Shown: positions 39,359 through 51,300 of the stretch, one piece after another
Layout of the letters: each line of letters opens with the position of its first letter
Position numbering within the stretch: position 1 is the first letter of the stretch
Assembly: GCA_965230895.1 (NCBI GenBank)
Contig: OZ246394.1
Span: 1,441,887-1,505,886 of the forward strand
Source of the DNA: an uncultured Gammaproteobacteria bacterium
GTDB taxonomy: Bacteria; Patescibacteriota; Microgenomatia; Levybacterales; UBA12049
Length of the DNA: 64,000 bases
Direction: 5' to 3'
The notes under the pieces: generated by a model
Told to the model about the DNA's origin: nothing
Databases searched by the model: none
What the model saw: the letters and a program-made list of their open reading frames with translations, nothing else
Program-made: the position numbers and the translations under genes

Positions 39359-41111
39359 TGATGCCAATCTGTTATTCACCCAGGGATCAACAGATAGAGT
39401 TGGTATCGGGACAAATACTCCGTTAGCAAAACTTGATATCCGTGGAACACTTGGTACAACGACAGTAGCATCAGTTTCAGGAAATACTTCGAGAGCAGCA
39501 TTCCTCGTTGATAATAATGGAGTTGGTGATTTGTTTACTGCAAGTAAATCTGGTGCACGAAAGTTTGTTATCAATAATCAAGGATATCTTGGCTTGGGAG
39601 GCGCAAATGCTGATACAACAAATTATATTAGTGCCGCTAACTTTGCAGTCCAAAATGATGGGCAAGTTTACACAACAGGTCTTAATAATTACAGCTCAGG
39701 GAATAATGCTTACATCAACTTGGCTTTAACAGGTACAACTATCCAACGTAACGTTGCTGATGCCAATGCAGCATTGATTGTCCAACAGCTTAATGCTTCA
39801 AGTACAGGAGATATCCTTCAATTAGCAAACAGTGCTGGTACAGTTTTGAAAGTCACAAGAGGTGGTTCACTTGGTCTTGGTGCAACAACACCACTTGCAA
39901 CCTTTGATGTTCGGGGTAATTCTGGTACCACACCAGTTGCTTCAGTATCAGGGCTTACCTCAATGGCAGCATTGGTTGTAAATAACAATGGTGTTGGTGA
40001 TCTCTTTACAGCTTCTAAGTCTGGTTTGCCTAAGTTTACAATTAAAAATAACGGAAGAGTAGAAATCGGACAACAGGTAACCAATCCAAGTTCAAATGAT
40101 ACGCTGACGATAAAGAACATCGCAGGTTCAAATACAGACTTCTCTATGGAAGATGGAAATGGTGTAAATCGATGGACATGGTTCGCAAATACAAGTGGCG
40201 TTACTGGTTTCTATGACGCATCAAATGCATTGACGCCATTCTATATTGAAGAGGGTGCAGGCAATAACTCAATTACAATTGATTCTACTGGCAATGTCGG
40301 TATTGGTGTAGCAAATGCTACGCAGGCGCTTGAACTTTCTTCCGGAAAGATTATCCAAATGAATTCAGGTCAAATTCAGGATTATGGTGATATCACTATG
40401 AAGTTGGATGCTGATAACAATGGCTCAAATGACTTCGAGATCTTGAACGGTGGTAGCACTTCCGTCTTCAAGGTAACAGAAGCTGGTGTTGTAACTATCA
40501 CTGATGGAAGTGGGAATGGATTCAGCTTCGATCCAGCAACTGGTCCAACATATTCAGGTACAGCAAGACCACCAAGAAAGGTTACACTAAGTGCAGAATA
40601 TCCAGGAGCTATCCTAACAGCATCTGGTTCAGCGACAACAAATGGACTTATGACATCTGATGCTTCTCCATCTGCAGCAACTCTAGCAAGATTTATGAAC
40701 TACTATGAATGGAATTCCAGCCAGACATCATATCAAGATTATACAGTTGCGGTTAAAGTAACATTACCTGATGATTTTGTAGCCTGGGAAACATCAAATG
40801 CAATTCAGATTTATTACAACACTGAAGCTGGCACAAACACAAGTAATAAGCTAGACGTTCGAATTCAGAATGCTGATATCGGCCTAACGCTTGCAGAATA
40901 CTCGACTCCAGTGGCATTACGTACAAATCAAAATACGTCATCAAAGGCATGGACTGCAATTTCTATTGATGACTCAGAAATTGATAGAGGAGTGAATCAG
41001 GATCTTGATATCGCTGGGGATACAGCAATTATTTTCTTGAAGATGTATTCTAAGGATAATAACTATGTCCAAGTTGGAGATATAATCCTCAATTACAGAT
41101 CGAATAAGTGA
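39318..41111 (+). CDS. Giant surface protein 1, part 2 (same repeat family continues in the +1 frame; unique about 230-aa C-terminal domain). Probably one gene with 25319..39358, interrupted by a frameshift near 39346.
   Basis: The translation continues the LDxRGxxGTTxVASVSG...NNGVGDLFTASKSGxxKF repeat units seen upstream. The 41-nt overlap of the two frames lies at an A4 homopolymer (gttaaaaggag). Confidence 0.7.
   Translation: MMVTHRISRLKGDNDANLLFTQGSTDRVGIGTNTPLAKLDIRGTLGTTTVASVSGNTSRAAFLVDNNGVGDLFTASKSGARKFVINNQGYLGLGGANADTTNYISAANFAVQNDGQVYTTGLNNYSSGNNAYINLALTGTTIQRNVADANAALIVQQLNASSTGDILQLANSAGTVLKVTRGGSLGLGATTPLATFDVRGNSGTTPVASVSGLTSMAALVVNNNGVGDLFTASKSGLPKFTIKNNGRVEIGQQVTNPSSNDTLTIKNIAGSNTDFSMEDGNGVNRWTWFANTSGVTGFYDASNALTPFYIEEGAGNNSITIDSTGNVGIGVANATQALELSSGKIIQMNSGQIQDYGDITMKLDADNNGSNDFEILNGGSTSVFKVTEAGVVTITDGSGNGFSFDPATGPTYSGTARPPRKVTLSAEYPGAILTASGSATTNGLMTSDASPSAATLARFMNYYEWNSSQTSYQDYTVAVKVTLPDDFVAWETSNAIQIYYNTEAGTNTSNKLDVRIQNADIGLTLAEYSTPVALRTNQNTSSKAWTAISIDDSEIDRGVNQDLDIAGDTAIIFLKMYSKDNNYVQVGDIILNYRSNK
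39340..39356 (+). other. Putative +1 frameshift site in giant gene 1 at an A4 run (ccaggttaaaaggagataa)
   Basis: Deleting one A converts ...DFQVKRR* into ...DFQVKGDNDANLLFTQGS..., continuous with ORF 39318..41111. Confidence 0.6.
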
Positions 41112-41245
41112 TAAAGGGGAGTGTTGTACCTGATTTATAGTTGAATTTTGCTTCAGTCTATACTTGTCCGCATCGTTTGCAACTGTACAAAAATTGATCT
41201 AGTATAAAGAAGGAGTACTGCCGATTTTTTCGGGTACCTTTTGCT

Positions 41246-44200
41246 ATGCATACTGCCTTATTAATGCAAGAATCACGCCTCAATCATCTCAAACGTATCG
41301 TGGCGGTCGTGAATATCATGACACTTGCTTTGGGACATTTTGCTTTGCCTGTTCATGCAGCAGTTGGTGCAAGTACTTCTGCCCAACCAACAGCTTCTCA
41401 AACAAAAGCTCCCGTCAAAAAGGTTGCAGGAATATCTAATGAAATCAACCGATTGACGTTGGCTGATGATGCTTACTCCAATATCTCTGCGAAACCCCCA
41501 ATCCCGGTAACTGTGGATGTAATGGAAAAAGAAGATTACAAAGCCGATGAACCAGTCACTGTCACAGTGAACAATCCGGATCGGGATGCATTTACGGCCA
41601 AAGTTGTTAATGCAAAAGGTGAAGAAATTCCTGTTGAAAAAAGAATTGTGGACCGGGGAAGTGAAGCCGAAGTGCTTTTGGCGAGTACCAATCAATTTGT
41701 TCCCGGCAAATTTACCATTGAGGTTACTGATGCCAAAGGCAATATATCCAAACAGGATTTCACCTGGGGAGTCCTGGCTTTGAATACAGATAAGGCAACG
41801 TACAAACCGCAGGAAACCGCAGCAATTTCCATGGCTGTTCTTGATGACAAAGGAGAAATGGTTTGTAATGCGGATGTCACGCTCAAAATTACCAACGAGC
41901 AAACCTATATGCAAACGACTTTGTCTACCGAAAACGGTAAGATCGAAATAAATAAAGAATGCTCGACTAAAATCCTGACAACTGTCCCTGATTATGAAGC
42001 CACATATGTCGTTGGCGACGAAGGTAAATATGCGATGGAGCTGCAGGCAAAAACAGAAAAGGGAAGTTACACAATCCATGATGAATTCAATGTCAAAGCG
42101 CAAACACCTTTCGAGATCCGACGAACAAGTGCAACCCGTTTGTATCCACCTCTTACATATCCGATGAATATTGAAGTCACTGCAAGTGAAGATTTTGAGG
42201 GAACTGTCACAGAAACTGTGCCTGATAGTTTTACCATTACACCAGTCGATCAACAATCATCCTATGATGGATTAAAGACTGTGTATTTGGATGGCAAAGA
42301 TCCTGAGAAAAGGATTGAGCAAAATGTCCTGGGTGCAAGTATGTCCGCATTGCAAATGCCTTTTGACGGAAGCTATGCTATCACCCAAGGTTTTGGAGGG
42401 TATATGACCGATGGGGAATTGCGTAATTTCTACTCACAATATGGTCTCTCTGGACATGATGGAGTGGATTTCGCTTTGCCGATGGGAACGCCTCTTTATG
42501 CTGTGGACGATGGCAATGTCGTTTTCTCTGGCCCTGGAGATTATGGTATCACCATCATCATCCAACATGCCTGGGGGAAATCCTATTACGGCCATTTAAG
42601 TAAGGCAGAGGCTCCAAAGGAATCCTCTGTAAAAAAAGGCTCGCTCATCGGATACTCAGGAAATACAGGTGAATCAACCGGACCCCATTTACATTTCGGG
42701 ATGAAGCCAGAGAATCCTGACATGAATAATGGCTATTCTGGGAAAATCGATCCACTTCCATATCTCAATCTTACCGGCAATGGCATCAGACCTCCAGCTT
42801 TGGAACAGGCAATCAATTCATCAGGAGTTCTGTCTGCAACAACTTCGGCTGAAAGTGAAGCAACACATTCCGCAGACAAACCAAACCTGACCGAACCTGT
42901 CGCTCCAAGTGCTTCAGCATCAGCAACGCCTGAGCAGACGAAGGCACTCAATGAAGAAAAGGCTGCACCGTTTACTGTCTTGAGTCAGGAAATAGCAAAT
43001 GAAGTCGCAGATTCTGAGACGAGTGTGACTGAAAAAGTAAAAGTCCTGAAGTGGAAGGTCTCTTTGAAGAAGGGCGAGAAGACGACATTGAGTTACGCAT
43101 ATAAAGCACCTGAAGTAAGTCCACAATTTTATCTTTTAGGTTCTGTAAAAATTTTTAACAAGGATGAGCAGCTTGTCTTCGATGATGTGCGTAAATGGCA
43201 GCTTGCAGGCGACGCAATCGGTGCAAAGTGGTACGACTACAATTGGTTATATCGCAAGGAGATCTCAATTGATAGCTCTCAGGTTCCTTCTACACAGACT
43301 AATTTCCCTGTCTTAGTTAGTTTGACAAGTGATAGTAATCTCTCTACCAGTTCACAAGCTGATGGAGACGATATTCTCTTTACCGATGGAACTGGTATAA
43401 CGAAGCTTTCGCACGAAATCGAAAGCTATAGCTCAGGTACGTTGGTTGCTTGGGTGGAAGTGCCAAGTGTTTCCTCTTCATCGAACACAAGTATTTATAT
43501 GTACTACGGCAATGCAACAGTATCTAGCCAACAAGATGTAGCAAATACTTGGAATAATGGTTCTAATCAGTTTAGATTCGTACAGCATTTAAATGATGGT
43601 AACGTAAGCACAGTTGTTGATTCGACAACAAACGGGAATAATGGTACGAAAATAGTTTCTGCTTCGCAGCCATCTAATTATGCGAGTGGCAAAATAGGAG
43701 CAGCAATGGATTTCGCAGGAAATTCAGCGGGTGCTACAGGTATCACAATCTCTGGCTCACCAGCCAATATTCTTGACGTTACAGATAGTGACTATACATT
43801 CAGCGGATGGTTTAATCCTGATACAATACCCGCTGCCACAGGATTGAGAGATTACGCAGTTGTAGGAAGAAGAGGAAATTTCAGTGGATTAAGTTACGCT
43901 GCGAATCCTGATTTCTTTGCTACCCTTCGCACGACGAGTGCCTTTAACGCCAATACTGCTTCTAATGTCTATGCTACGGGCAGCTGGCATTACGTTGTCC
44001 AGACCGTTAATAATACTTCTAAAGTTCTTTCAATTTATGTTAATGGTTCATTAGTAGATTCTACTTCCTATACCGGAACTTTGCGCAACTATTCAAGTAC
44101 TGAGCCTTATATGATTGGAAGAGCAGATCCAAATGGTACATGTAATACAGATTATGTTTGGTGTGCTGATGGGAAGATCGATGAGGCAAGGCTTTCCAAT

Positions 44201-44371
44201 GTCGCTAGATCAGCGGATTGGATAGCAACCGAGTATAACAATCAAAATTCTCCTGGAACCTTCTACACAGTCGGTTCTGAAGAAACAAAAGTGTATGCGC
44301 CATTGCCTGCTGAGCTTATGCGTCATGGGAAATTCTTTGATACTAGGGGAGAGCAGCCATTCGTTTTCTAG
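41246..44371 (+). CDS. Secreted multidomain protein: N-terminal anchor/signal, Ig-like beta domains, M23 (LytM-type) metallopeptidase domain, DUF2341-like domain and C-terminal LamG/concanavalin-A-like lectin domain
   Basis: M23 motifs GHDGVDFALPMGTPLYAVDDG and GYSGNTGESTGPHLHFGM (HxxxD, HxH). WYDYNWLYRKEISID...NFPVLVSL resembles DUF2341. C-terminal DGKIDEARLSNVARSADWI is a typical LamG_3 ending. Confidence 0.8.
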   Translation: MHTALLMQESRLNHLKRIVAVVNIMTLALGHFALPVHAAVGASTSAQPTASQTKAPVKKVAGISNEINRLTLADDAYSNISAKPPIPVTVDVMEKEDYKADEPVTVTVNNPDRDAFTAKVVNAKGEEIPVEKRIVDRGSEAEVLLASTNQFVPGKFTIEVTDAKGNISKQDFTWGVLALNTDKATYKPQETAAISMAVLDDKGEMVCNADVTLKITNEQTYMQTTLSTENGKIEINKECSTKILTTVPDYEATYVVGDEGKYAMELQAKTEKGSYTIHDEFNVKAQTPFEIRRTSATRLYPPLTYPMNIEVTASEDFEGTVTETVPDSFTITPVDQQSSYDGLKTVYLDGKDPEKRIEQNVLGASMSALQMPFDGSYAITQGFGGYMTDGELRNFYSQYGLSGHDGVDFALPMGTPLYAVDDGNVVFSGPGDYGITIIIQHAWGKSYYGHLSKAEAPKESSVKKGSLIGYSGNTGESTGPHLHFGMKPENPDMNNGYSGKIDPLPYLNLTGNGIRPPALEQAINSSGVLSATTSAESEATHSADKPNLTEPVAPSASASATPEQTKALNEEKAAPFTVLSQEIANEVADSETSVTEKVKVLKWKVSLKKGEKTTLSYAYKAPEVSPQFYLLGSVKIFNKDEQLVFDDVRKWQLAGDAIGAKWYDYNWLYRKEISIDSSQVPSTQTNFPVLVSLTSDSNLSTSSQADGDDILFTDGTGITKLSHEIESYSSGTLVAWVEVPSVSSSSNTSIYMYYGNATVSSQQDVANTWNNGSNQFRFVQHLNDGNVSTVVDSTTNGNNGTKIVSASQPSNYASGKIGAAMDFAGNSAGATGITISGSPANILDVTDSDYTFSGWFNPDTIPAATGLRDYAVVGRRGNFSGLSYAANPDFFATLRTTSAFNANTASNVYATGSWHYVVQTVNNTSKVLSIYVNGSLVDSTSYTGTLRNYSSTEPYMIGRADPNGTCNTDYVWCADGKIDEARLSNVARSADWIATEYNNQNSPGTFYTVGSEETKVYAPLPAELMRHGKFFDTRGEQPFVF

Positions 44372-44476
44372 ACAGAACTTTTGGCATATCGCCAAAGGTC
44401 ATCAAATGCGAAATGACAAATGGTAACGCGTCTTGATGAGTCTTTAGATTTCTTTACATTTTAGTCGCTTTATTCT

Positions 44477-45004
44477 ATGCTGAGTGCCATGCAAAAAGTA
44501 AAAACCTTTCATAAAAAACACCCAGTTGCTTCCACACTGATTGCAGTAGGATTAGTCGGTGTTCTCATTGGTGGTGGATATGGTGGCTTTCGTTACTGGC
44601 AGTATACAATGAGCCCTGAGGGCATCTTCCAGAAAGAAGCAAAGCAATACGAATCTGATTGGAATGCGATGATGAAAAACGCTGGAGAGCAGATAAATCT
44701 TCCGAAAGATGAAGTCCCAGTGCTCGCAACAGTTACTGACAAGTCTGCTCTCGATAAACAAAAGTTTTTTGCAAATGCACAGGAGGGAGATAAAATTATC
44801 ATGTATAAAAAACACAAAATTGCGTATCTTTATCGTCCTTCAGTTGGGAAGGTCATTACCAAAGCAACGTTGAACTTGGTTGCTCCAACAGCAATTCCTT
44901 TTGAATCTGCTTCTGTTGCAGGGACATCTTCCTCAGAACTTGAGAAAGGGCCAGTGATAGAAGCTTCAAAAGAAGGAACCCTCGATAAACTCATACCGCA
45001 ATAA
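44477..45004 (+). CDS. Small membrane-anchored hypothetical protein (175 aa)
   Basis: One TM helix LIAVGLVGVLIGGGYGGF, then a soluble domain. Located between the M23 protein and giant gene 2. Confidence 0.5.
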   Translation: MLSAMQKVKTFHKKHPVASTLIAVGLVGVLIGGGYGGFRYWQYTMSPEGIFQKEAKQYESDWNAMMKNAGEQINLPKDEVPVLATVTDKSALDKQKFFANAQEGDKIIMYKKHKIAYLYRPSVGKVITKATLNLVAPTAIPFESASVAGTSSSELEKGPVIEASKEGTLDKLIPQ

Positions 45005-45254
45005 TTCTGAGCATCAAATTGATTTATTAATTTACCTTTTGATATATTTTGACTTCTTTGTTGAATAAAGAAAATTATACGAGGAAAGTTTCTCAAAATT
45101 AACTTATTATAAGACTTCAGAAGAATAAAAATCCGACTAATAAAATTTGCAACGAAAGTTTGCAATAAAGGCGTATAACCAAATGAGAAATCTACATCTC
45201 TTTTGCCCTAAAAGATCCCCGAGATTTTTCACGAAATATCTGAGCACAATCGGT

Positions 45255-45340
45255 AAATGATGATAAGTATATGATAAGATTATTCTCATCCTTGACAGCC
45301 TTATTAATATATGTAGTAATTATATTATGTGAAAATATTG
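45255..45340 (+). promoter_or_regulatory. Conserved promoter/operator module, copy 2 (TTGACA 45292-45297; 18-mer 45303-45320)
   Basis: Sequence identity to copy 1 and copy 3. Upstream GATAAGTATATGATAAGAT repeats. Confidence 0.65.
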
Positions 45341-45390
45341 GACAAAGTGTGACAAAGTCTAGTATTTGAGCTCAAATTCATTACTGCCCA

Positions 45391-48300
45391 ATGAACAACG
45401 AGTATCTAACAATTCAAGAAGCTGCAACTTTTTTCCGCGTTTCGACAAGGACGCTCAGACGCTGGGAAGAAAAAGGTTACCTTACGTCTCACCGGACGTT
45501 TGGGAACCAAAGACGCTACAGTAAAGCGCAGCTATCCCAATTGCTGGGTGCTGCCGCAGCAGCGGGTGAGGCTGATGTCCAAGTTTCTGAGCAGACAAAT
45601 ACCGCAAAGCCATTTGGATTTCAATCCCAGCCGCAGTATGTCCCTCAAAAAGCCTCAATAGCACATCCAAACCCGATTCCAGTTCATTCGATTCACAAGC
45701 AAATTCAGCCTGAACCTACTCATATCCAAACACTCAAACCTGAGCATAGATTCCATAAGCCTCAATCTGCCATGACATTTGGTGCTGTGATTGCAATAAT
45801 TCTTTTGTCGACGATTGCAGTTATAGGATTTTCGAATGCGCAAACGATTGATGAAAAAAGTCAAGCATTTATCTCATTTCTGAAACCAGGAGAAACGGTC
45901 GAGCAAGTAGGTGGACAAAGTGTTCTTGCTGCAGAAGATAGAATCTCTTCTTTGCAGTTGCAAGTTGATGTGCCAGCTGTATTCGCAAAAAAAGTGACCT
46001 TTCTCGATGCATTTGAGATCAAGAATAGTTTGACAGTGAACAGTGCTTCAAACCTCTTTGGTGGAATTAAAACAAACAACAAAGATATCGATGCAGGAAC
46101 TGGCCAACTGACTGCATCAAACGTGGTCTATTCAGTTCTTTCCGGTACAAATATTTCCATTACCGGTGATCCTCAAAACCCAGTAATCTCCGCACAAGGT
46201 GGAGTAAATTCTGTACAAGGTTTAACTGGCACAATTGCCTTTACCTCAGGAAATGGAATTGATCTTGATGGGTTGGAGATTGTGAACACTGGTGTGCTTT
46301 CATTGCAAGGAGAAAGCGGCGATGTAGCATTTACAGGTGGAACTGGAATCGGCGTGAATGGTCTCACCATCACCAATACTGATCCAGGTTCTGCTCAAAA
46401 AATCTTTGGAACGATTCGCGTTGGATCAACAAATATTTCAGCTGGGTCAAATACAGATACGTTCACAATTTCAGCCGGTGCAGGGATAACATTGGCTCCA
46501 GATGCTGGGAACAAGACATTGACCATCACGAGCAATGCAGCTGGAGTATTGAGTGGCATGACGACAAACGGAGTCTTGTACGCAACCTCTGCAACGACAG
46601 CAACTTCAACTGGGGAAGCTCCAAATGGCTTTATCCTCAAATCAATGGGGCCAGGAAATGCACCACAATGGGTTGCTCCAGGAACAGTTCTTGGATATCT
46701 GCCGTTTGATTTCCTTACGGATGGAACCAATACCACTGCCAACATGATCGTTGGGACCGGAGCAAGTCTTGGGTACACAGGAAGTGGGACGATTAATGCT
46801 TCCTCTTTACAAAATGCGACTTGGGTTGCTCCAGGTGCAATCGGTTCATCAACGCCAAATACCGGTGCATTCACTGCTCTTACAGCAACGACGTTGAATG
46901 GTTTGACTGTCACAGCAAACGGTGCTAATACTCTCAACATAGCTACAGGGAAGACAATTACACTTAACAACTCTCTCTCACTTTCAGGAACAGATGGGAC
47001 TGTCTTCACATTCCCATCAGCAAACGACACACTTGTTGGCCGAAATAGTACAGATACCTTGACCAACAAAACTATTGCTGCGGGATCAAATACCATAACC
47101 GGTTTGACAAATTCCAATCTTTCAGGATCCGCAGGGATTACCAATGCAAATCTCCAAAATTCATCACTTACCGTGACTGCAGGGAGTGGCTTGTCTGGTG
47201 GAGGATTGGTAAGTCTCGGAGGATCGGTTTCACTCCAAAATGCCGGTGTTACATCCGCAACCGCAGGGACTGGAATTTCAATCAACGTTGCGACAGGGGA
47301 TATCACTGTCACCAACAATGGCGTGACATCTGCAGTTGCTGGAACAGGTATCGGCGTCAGTGGTCCGACTGGAGCGATTACGTTTACAAACAACGGAGTG
47401 ACTTCATTGACAGGGACCGCAAACCAAGTAAATGTTTCAGGAAGTACTGGAGGCATTACGTTGAGTTTGCCTCAGAACATTCATACAGCAGCGACTCCAA
47501 CATTTGCAGGATTGACGCTTTCAAATCTCACGGCAAATGGCGGGATCTTATACACCAACGGCACAGGAACTGTTGCACAAACTTCTGTGGGATCGCCTGG
47601 TCAATGTCTCACTTCTAATGGAGGCGGTGCTCCATCCTGGAGTACTTGTGCAGGATCAAGCTATTGGAATCTTTCCAATGGAACACTCTCTCCAGTGAAC
47701 AATACATTGGATCTTTTAGTTGGCGGCACAAGTTCGAACTCCGCAAAATTTGCAGTTCTGAATGTTAATTCTGGAACACCTGTTGCATCAATATCAGCAG
47801 GATCTGCTGGAGCCGCTTATTTAACAGCAACTGGTACATTGCAAACCACTGCAAACCAAACACTCTCGCTTGGCGGCAATACAACTGGCAACATCATCTT
47901 GAATGGTGATGGGAGTAATAACGTTGGGATCGGCACTTTAAATCCAACGTTTGGTTTGGATGTAGCTACGGTAAATGGTGCACGGATACTCTTTGACGAT
48001 GGCTTGGGAGACCCTCGCATTCACTTCAGTCAAGTAGGAGATAATCCAACCCAAGATTTCTACCGATGGACAGGTTCTGGAAGTAATTATTTCGCTTCAC
48101 GATTTAATGTGAGTCCCGGAACAGGTGATGGGATTTTTAACATTCAGGGTGCAAATGATACAAACATGGGCTCGCATACTTTCTCTGATCTTTTGAGTAT
48201 CGTGCTGGGCGGACCAAATCAAGGAAACGTAGGTCTTGGTAACTCTGCTCCTTCACAATTTCTTGATATGGTTCGAAACCAGAACGAATCAACAATGGTA

Positions 48301-51300
48301 AGTTTGGCAAATACAGATAGTGGTGCATTTGCTTACACCATGTACCGAGTTGCTAACGATACTGGCAATGGGGAATTTGGTATTGGTTCATCGGGTAATA
48401 ATGACTTTGCATTTGCGAATAGAGCATATCTTTACGCAAGTTCAGCGACAAATGGTTTAACTTTAGCTGCTGATGGAAGTGGGGATGATATACGGTTTTA
48501 CACAGGAGGTTATGCTCCAACAGATGAACGAATGCGGATTGATAGTGCGGGAAATGTTGGAATCGGAGCAAGTCTTCCACTTGCTACGCTTGATGTTCGA
48601 GGCAATTCGGGAACAACTCCTGTTACATCAGTCTCAGGTATCACGGCACAAGCTACATTGCTCGTCGATAATAACGGAGTGGGTGATCTCTTCACCGCAA
48701 GTAAATCTGGTGCTACTCGGTTTAGTATAGCTAACAATGGAAATCTTATTGCAACGGGCACCTTAACTGGCTTAACGGGTTTGACTACTTCGGGAACAGT
48801 AACGTTGTCATCACTCACAACTGATGGAGGAATCATGTTCACAAATGGTTCCGGAACAATTAGTCAAACGTCTGCAGGAGGTCTTGGTCAATGTCTGATG
48901 TCTAGTGGTGGAGGTGTTCCAACTTGGGGAACATGTGCAGGTGGCACAAATCTTTGGCAATCAAACAATGGAACAATCTCACCATTCTCAAGTGCGCTTG
49001 ACCTCTTGGTCGGTGGTACAAGTACTGCTTCTGCAAAATTCAGATTTATCAATGCGAATTCAGGAACCCCAACAGCATCAATCTCAGCAAACTCAGGCAA
49101 CAATGCCGCATACTTAAGTGGCACTGGAATCTTGTCCACGACAAATGCTCAAACATTAACTCTTGGAAGCGCAACCACAGGAAATGTCGTGGTTGATTCA
49201 GGATCTGGATTGATTACACTTTCAGACAACACAACTGTTGCAGGTAATCTCAATCTCCAAACAGGAAATGCATTCCAGATCAATGGCACCAATGTTTTGA
49301 CTAATAATACGCTTGGATCTGGTGTGACGACATCTTCTTTGACAACCGTTGGCGCCTTAGCAAATGGATCCATAGCCAATGGATTTGGCACGATCTTTAC
49401 CTCGAATACGATTCAGGGAAGTAATATTACCGCAAGTGGGACAACCGGATTTACAGCTTCAGGAAATGGTGCTGGACTCACATTCTCTGGCACAGGGAAC
49501 CATGACATCACAGCATCCAGTGGTACGCTTAGAATGGGTGATGTTACCTTTAACGGCGTTATCACAACCGGTCTCACTGGCAACAACGCTGCACTGTACG
49601 CTGTTTCAGGGACAGGAACATTAGCAGGTGCAACAACAAATACACAAAACCTCTGTCTCTTGTCTGGGGTATCAGCTCCTGCCTGGGGAAGTTGTCCGAT
49701 TGGGGCAAATTACTGGAATCAAAATAATGGCGCGTTATCTCCAATGAACTCCACTGTCGATTTCCTTTTGGGCGGCCAAGCTTCAAGCTCCGCGAAGTTT
49801 GCAGTACTCGGTATGAACTCAGGAACTCCAACAGCATCAGTTTCAGCAACAAGCACTGGAAACGGATTATCATTGGCTGGCGATGGCACGATTCAAACGC
49901 TCCGAAATAATACACTCACATTAGGCGGAAGTACCACCGGAAACATTCTCCTTATGCCTACCAATGGAAGCGGGCGAGTAGGGATTGGGACTGCAACGCC
50001 GCAGAGTACATTGGATGTAAATGGGACAGTAAGGTTTACCAATCAATTGAATTTTACTGATGCAGTCTTTGGGCAAATCCAAACGCTTGTAGGAAATGCG
50101 TATCTTGATTTCAAGACAGCAGCTGGAACTGGTGCAATTACCTTTACACCAAATGCAACAGAAGCAATGAGAATTTCACCAAATGGTATGGTCGGAATTG
50201 GTACAAATGGATTGCTTACACCATTTGCAACATTGGATGTTCGCGGCCGATCAGGAACTTCACCAATTGCCTCATTGTCTGGTGCAACATCGCAGGCATC
50301 TTTGGTTATTGATCAGTCTGGTGTTGGGGATCTCTTTACTGCAAGTAAATCAGGCCTCACAAGATTTGTTATCGATAATGCTGGCAACGTAAAGGTTGGG
50401 ACACAAACATCCGGTGCGAGTTTGCAAGTGACAGGTATGAGTGGCTATGGAGTTATGATTGGCGGCGGCGCTGGTGGAGGAAATACAATTGATGGAACTT
50501 TGAATGGTGTAATGAATCAGCCATTGTGGCTTAACTCTGCATCTGCGCAAGATGTCTATATTGCTCCAAACGGTGGAAGTGTTGGTATAGGTACAAGTGC
50601 TCCTGCAGGAGCACTTGATGTCAGAGGTAATTCAGGAACTGCACCAGCTGCTTCATTCTCGGGACAAACATCTCGAGCAGCAATGGTTGTCGACAACAAT
50701 GGCACCGGAGACATCTTTACAGCTTCAAAATCAGGTGCATCAAAGTTCACGATCTTGAATAACGGAAACCTTCAAGTAAATAATTACACGACAAATGGAG
50801 GAGTCCTTTATACAAATGCGTCAGGAGTTGTTGGCCAAACAGCAGCTGGTTCAGGTGGACAATGTTTGCAATCTAATGGTGGAGGCGCACCAACATGGGG
50901 TTCATGTACTGGAGGTATGGTTAATTACTGGCAGCAAAACAATGGCGCTGTCTCTCCAGCAAATAGCACCAATGACTTCATTATTGGAGGTACTGCAACT
51001 TCATCAGCACGATTCTCTGTAACAGGAATGAGTTACACACTTGGAGGCGTGAGCTCTTTTAACTCTGCTAATGCACTTCCATCAGGGAGAACATTTAATG
51101 GCGTAGTCTCAGCAAATGGATATATCTATTCAATCGGTGGATACAATGGTGGTGGTCAATCAACTGTTTACTATGCATCATTGAATGCAGACGGTTCAGT
51201 GGGAGACTGGAGAACGACATCAGCTTTGCCTACAAGTTTGAGTAATGCGACTGCAGTTGTCTACAACGGCTACGTATATGTGGCTGGTGGACAGGTTTCT

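Noticed and set aside
44378-44400. Small inverted repeat TTGGC-atatc-GCCAA downstream of the M23 gene as a terminator
   Set aside because: Stem only 5 bp, no T-tract. Too weak to call.
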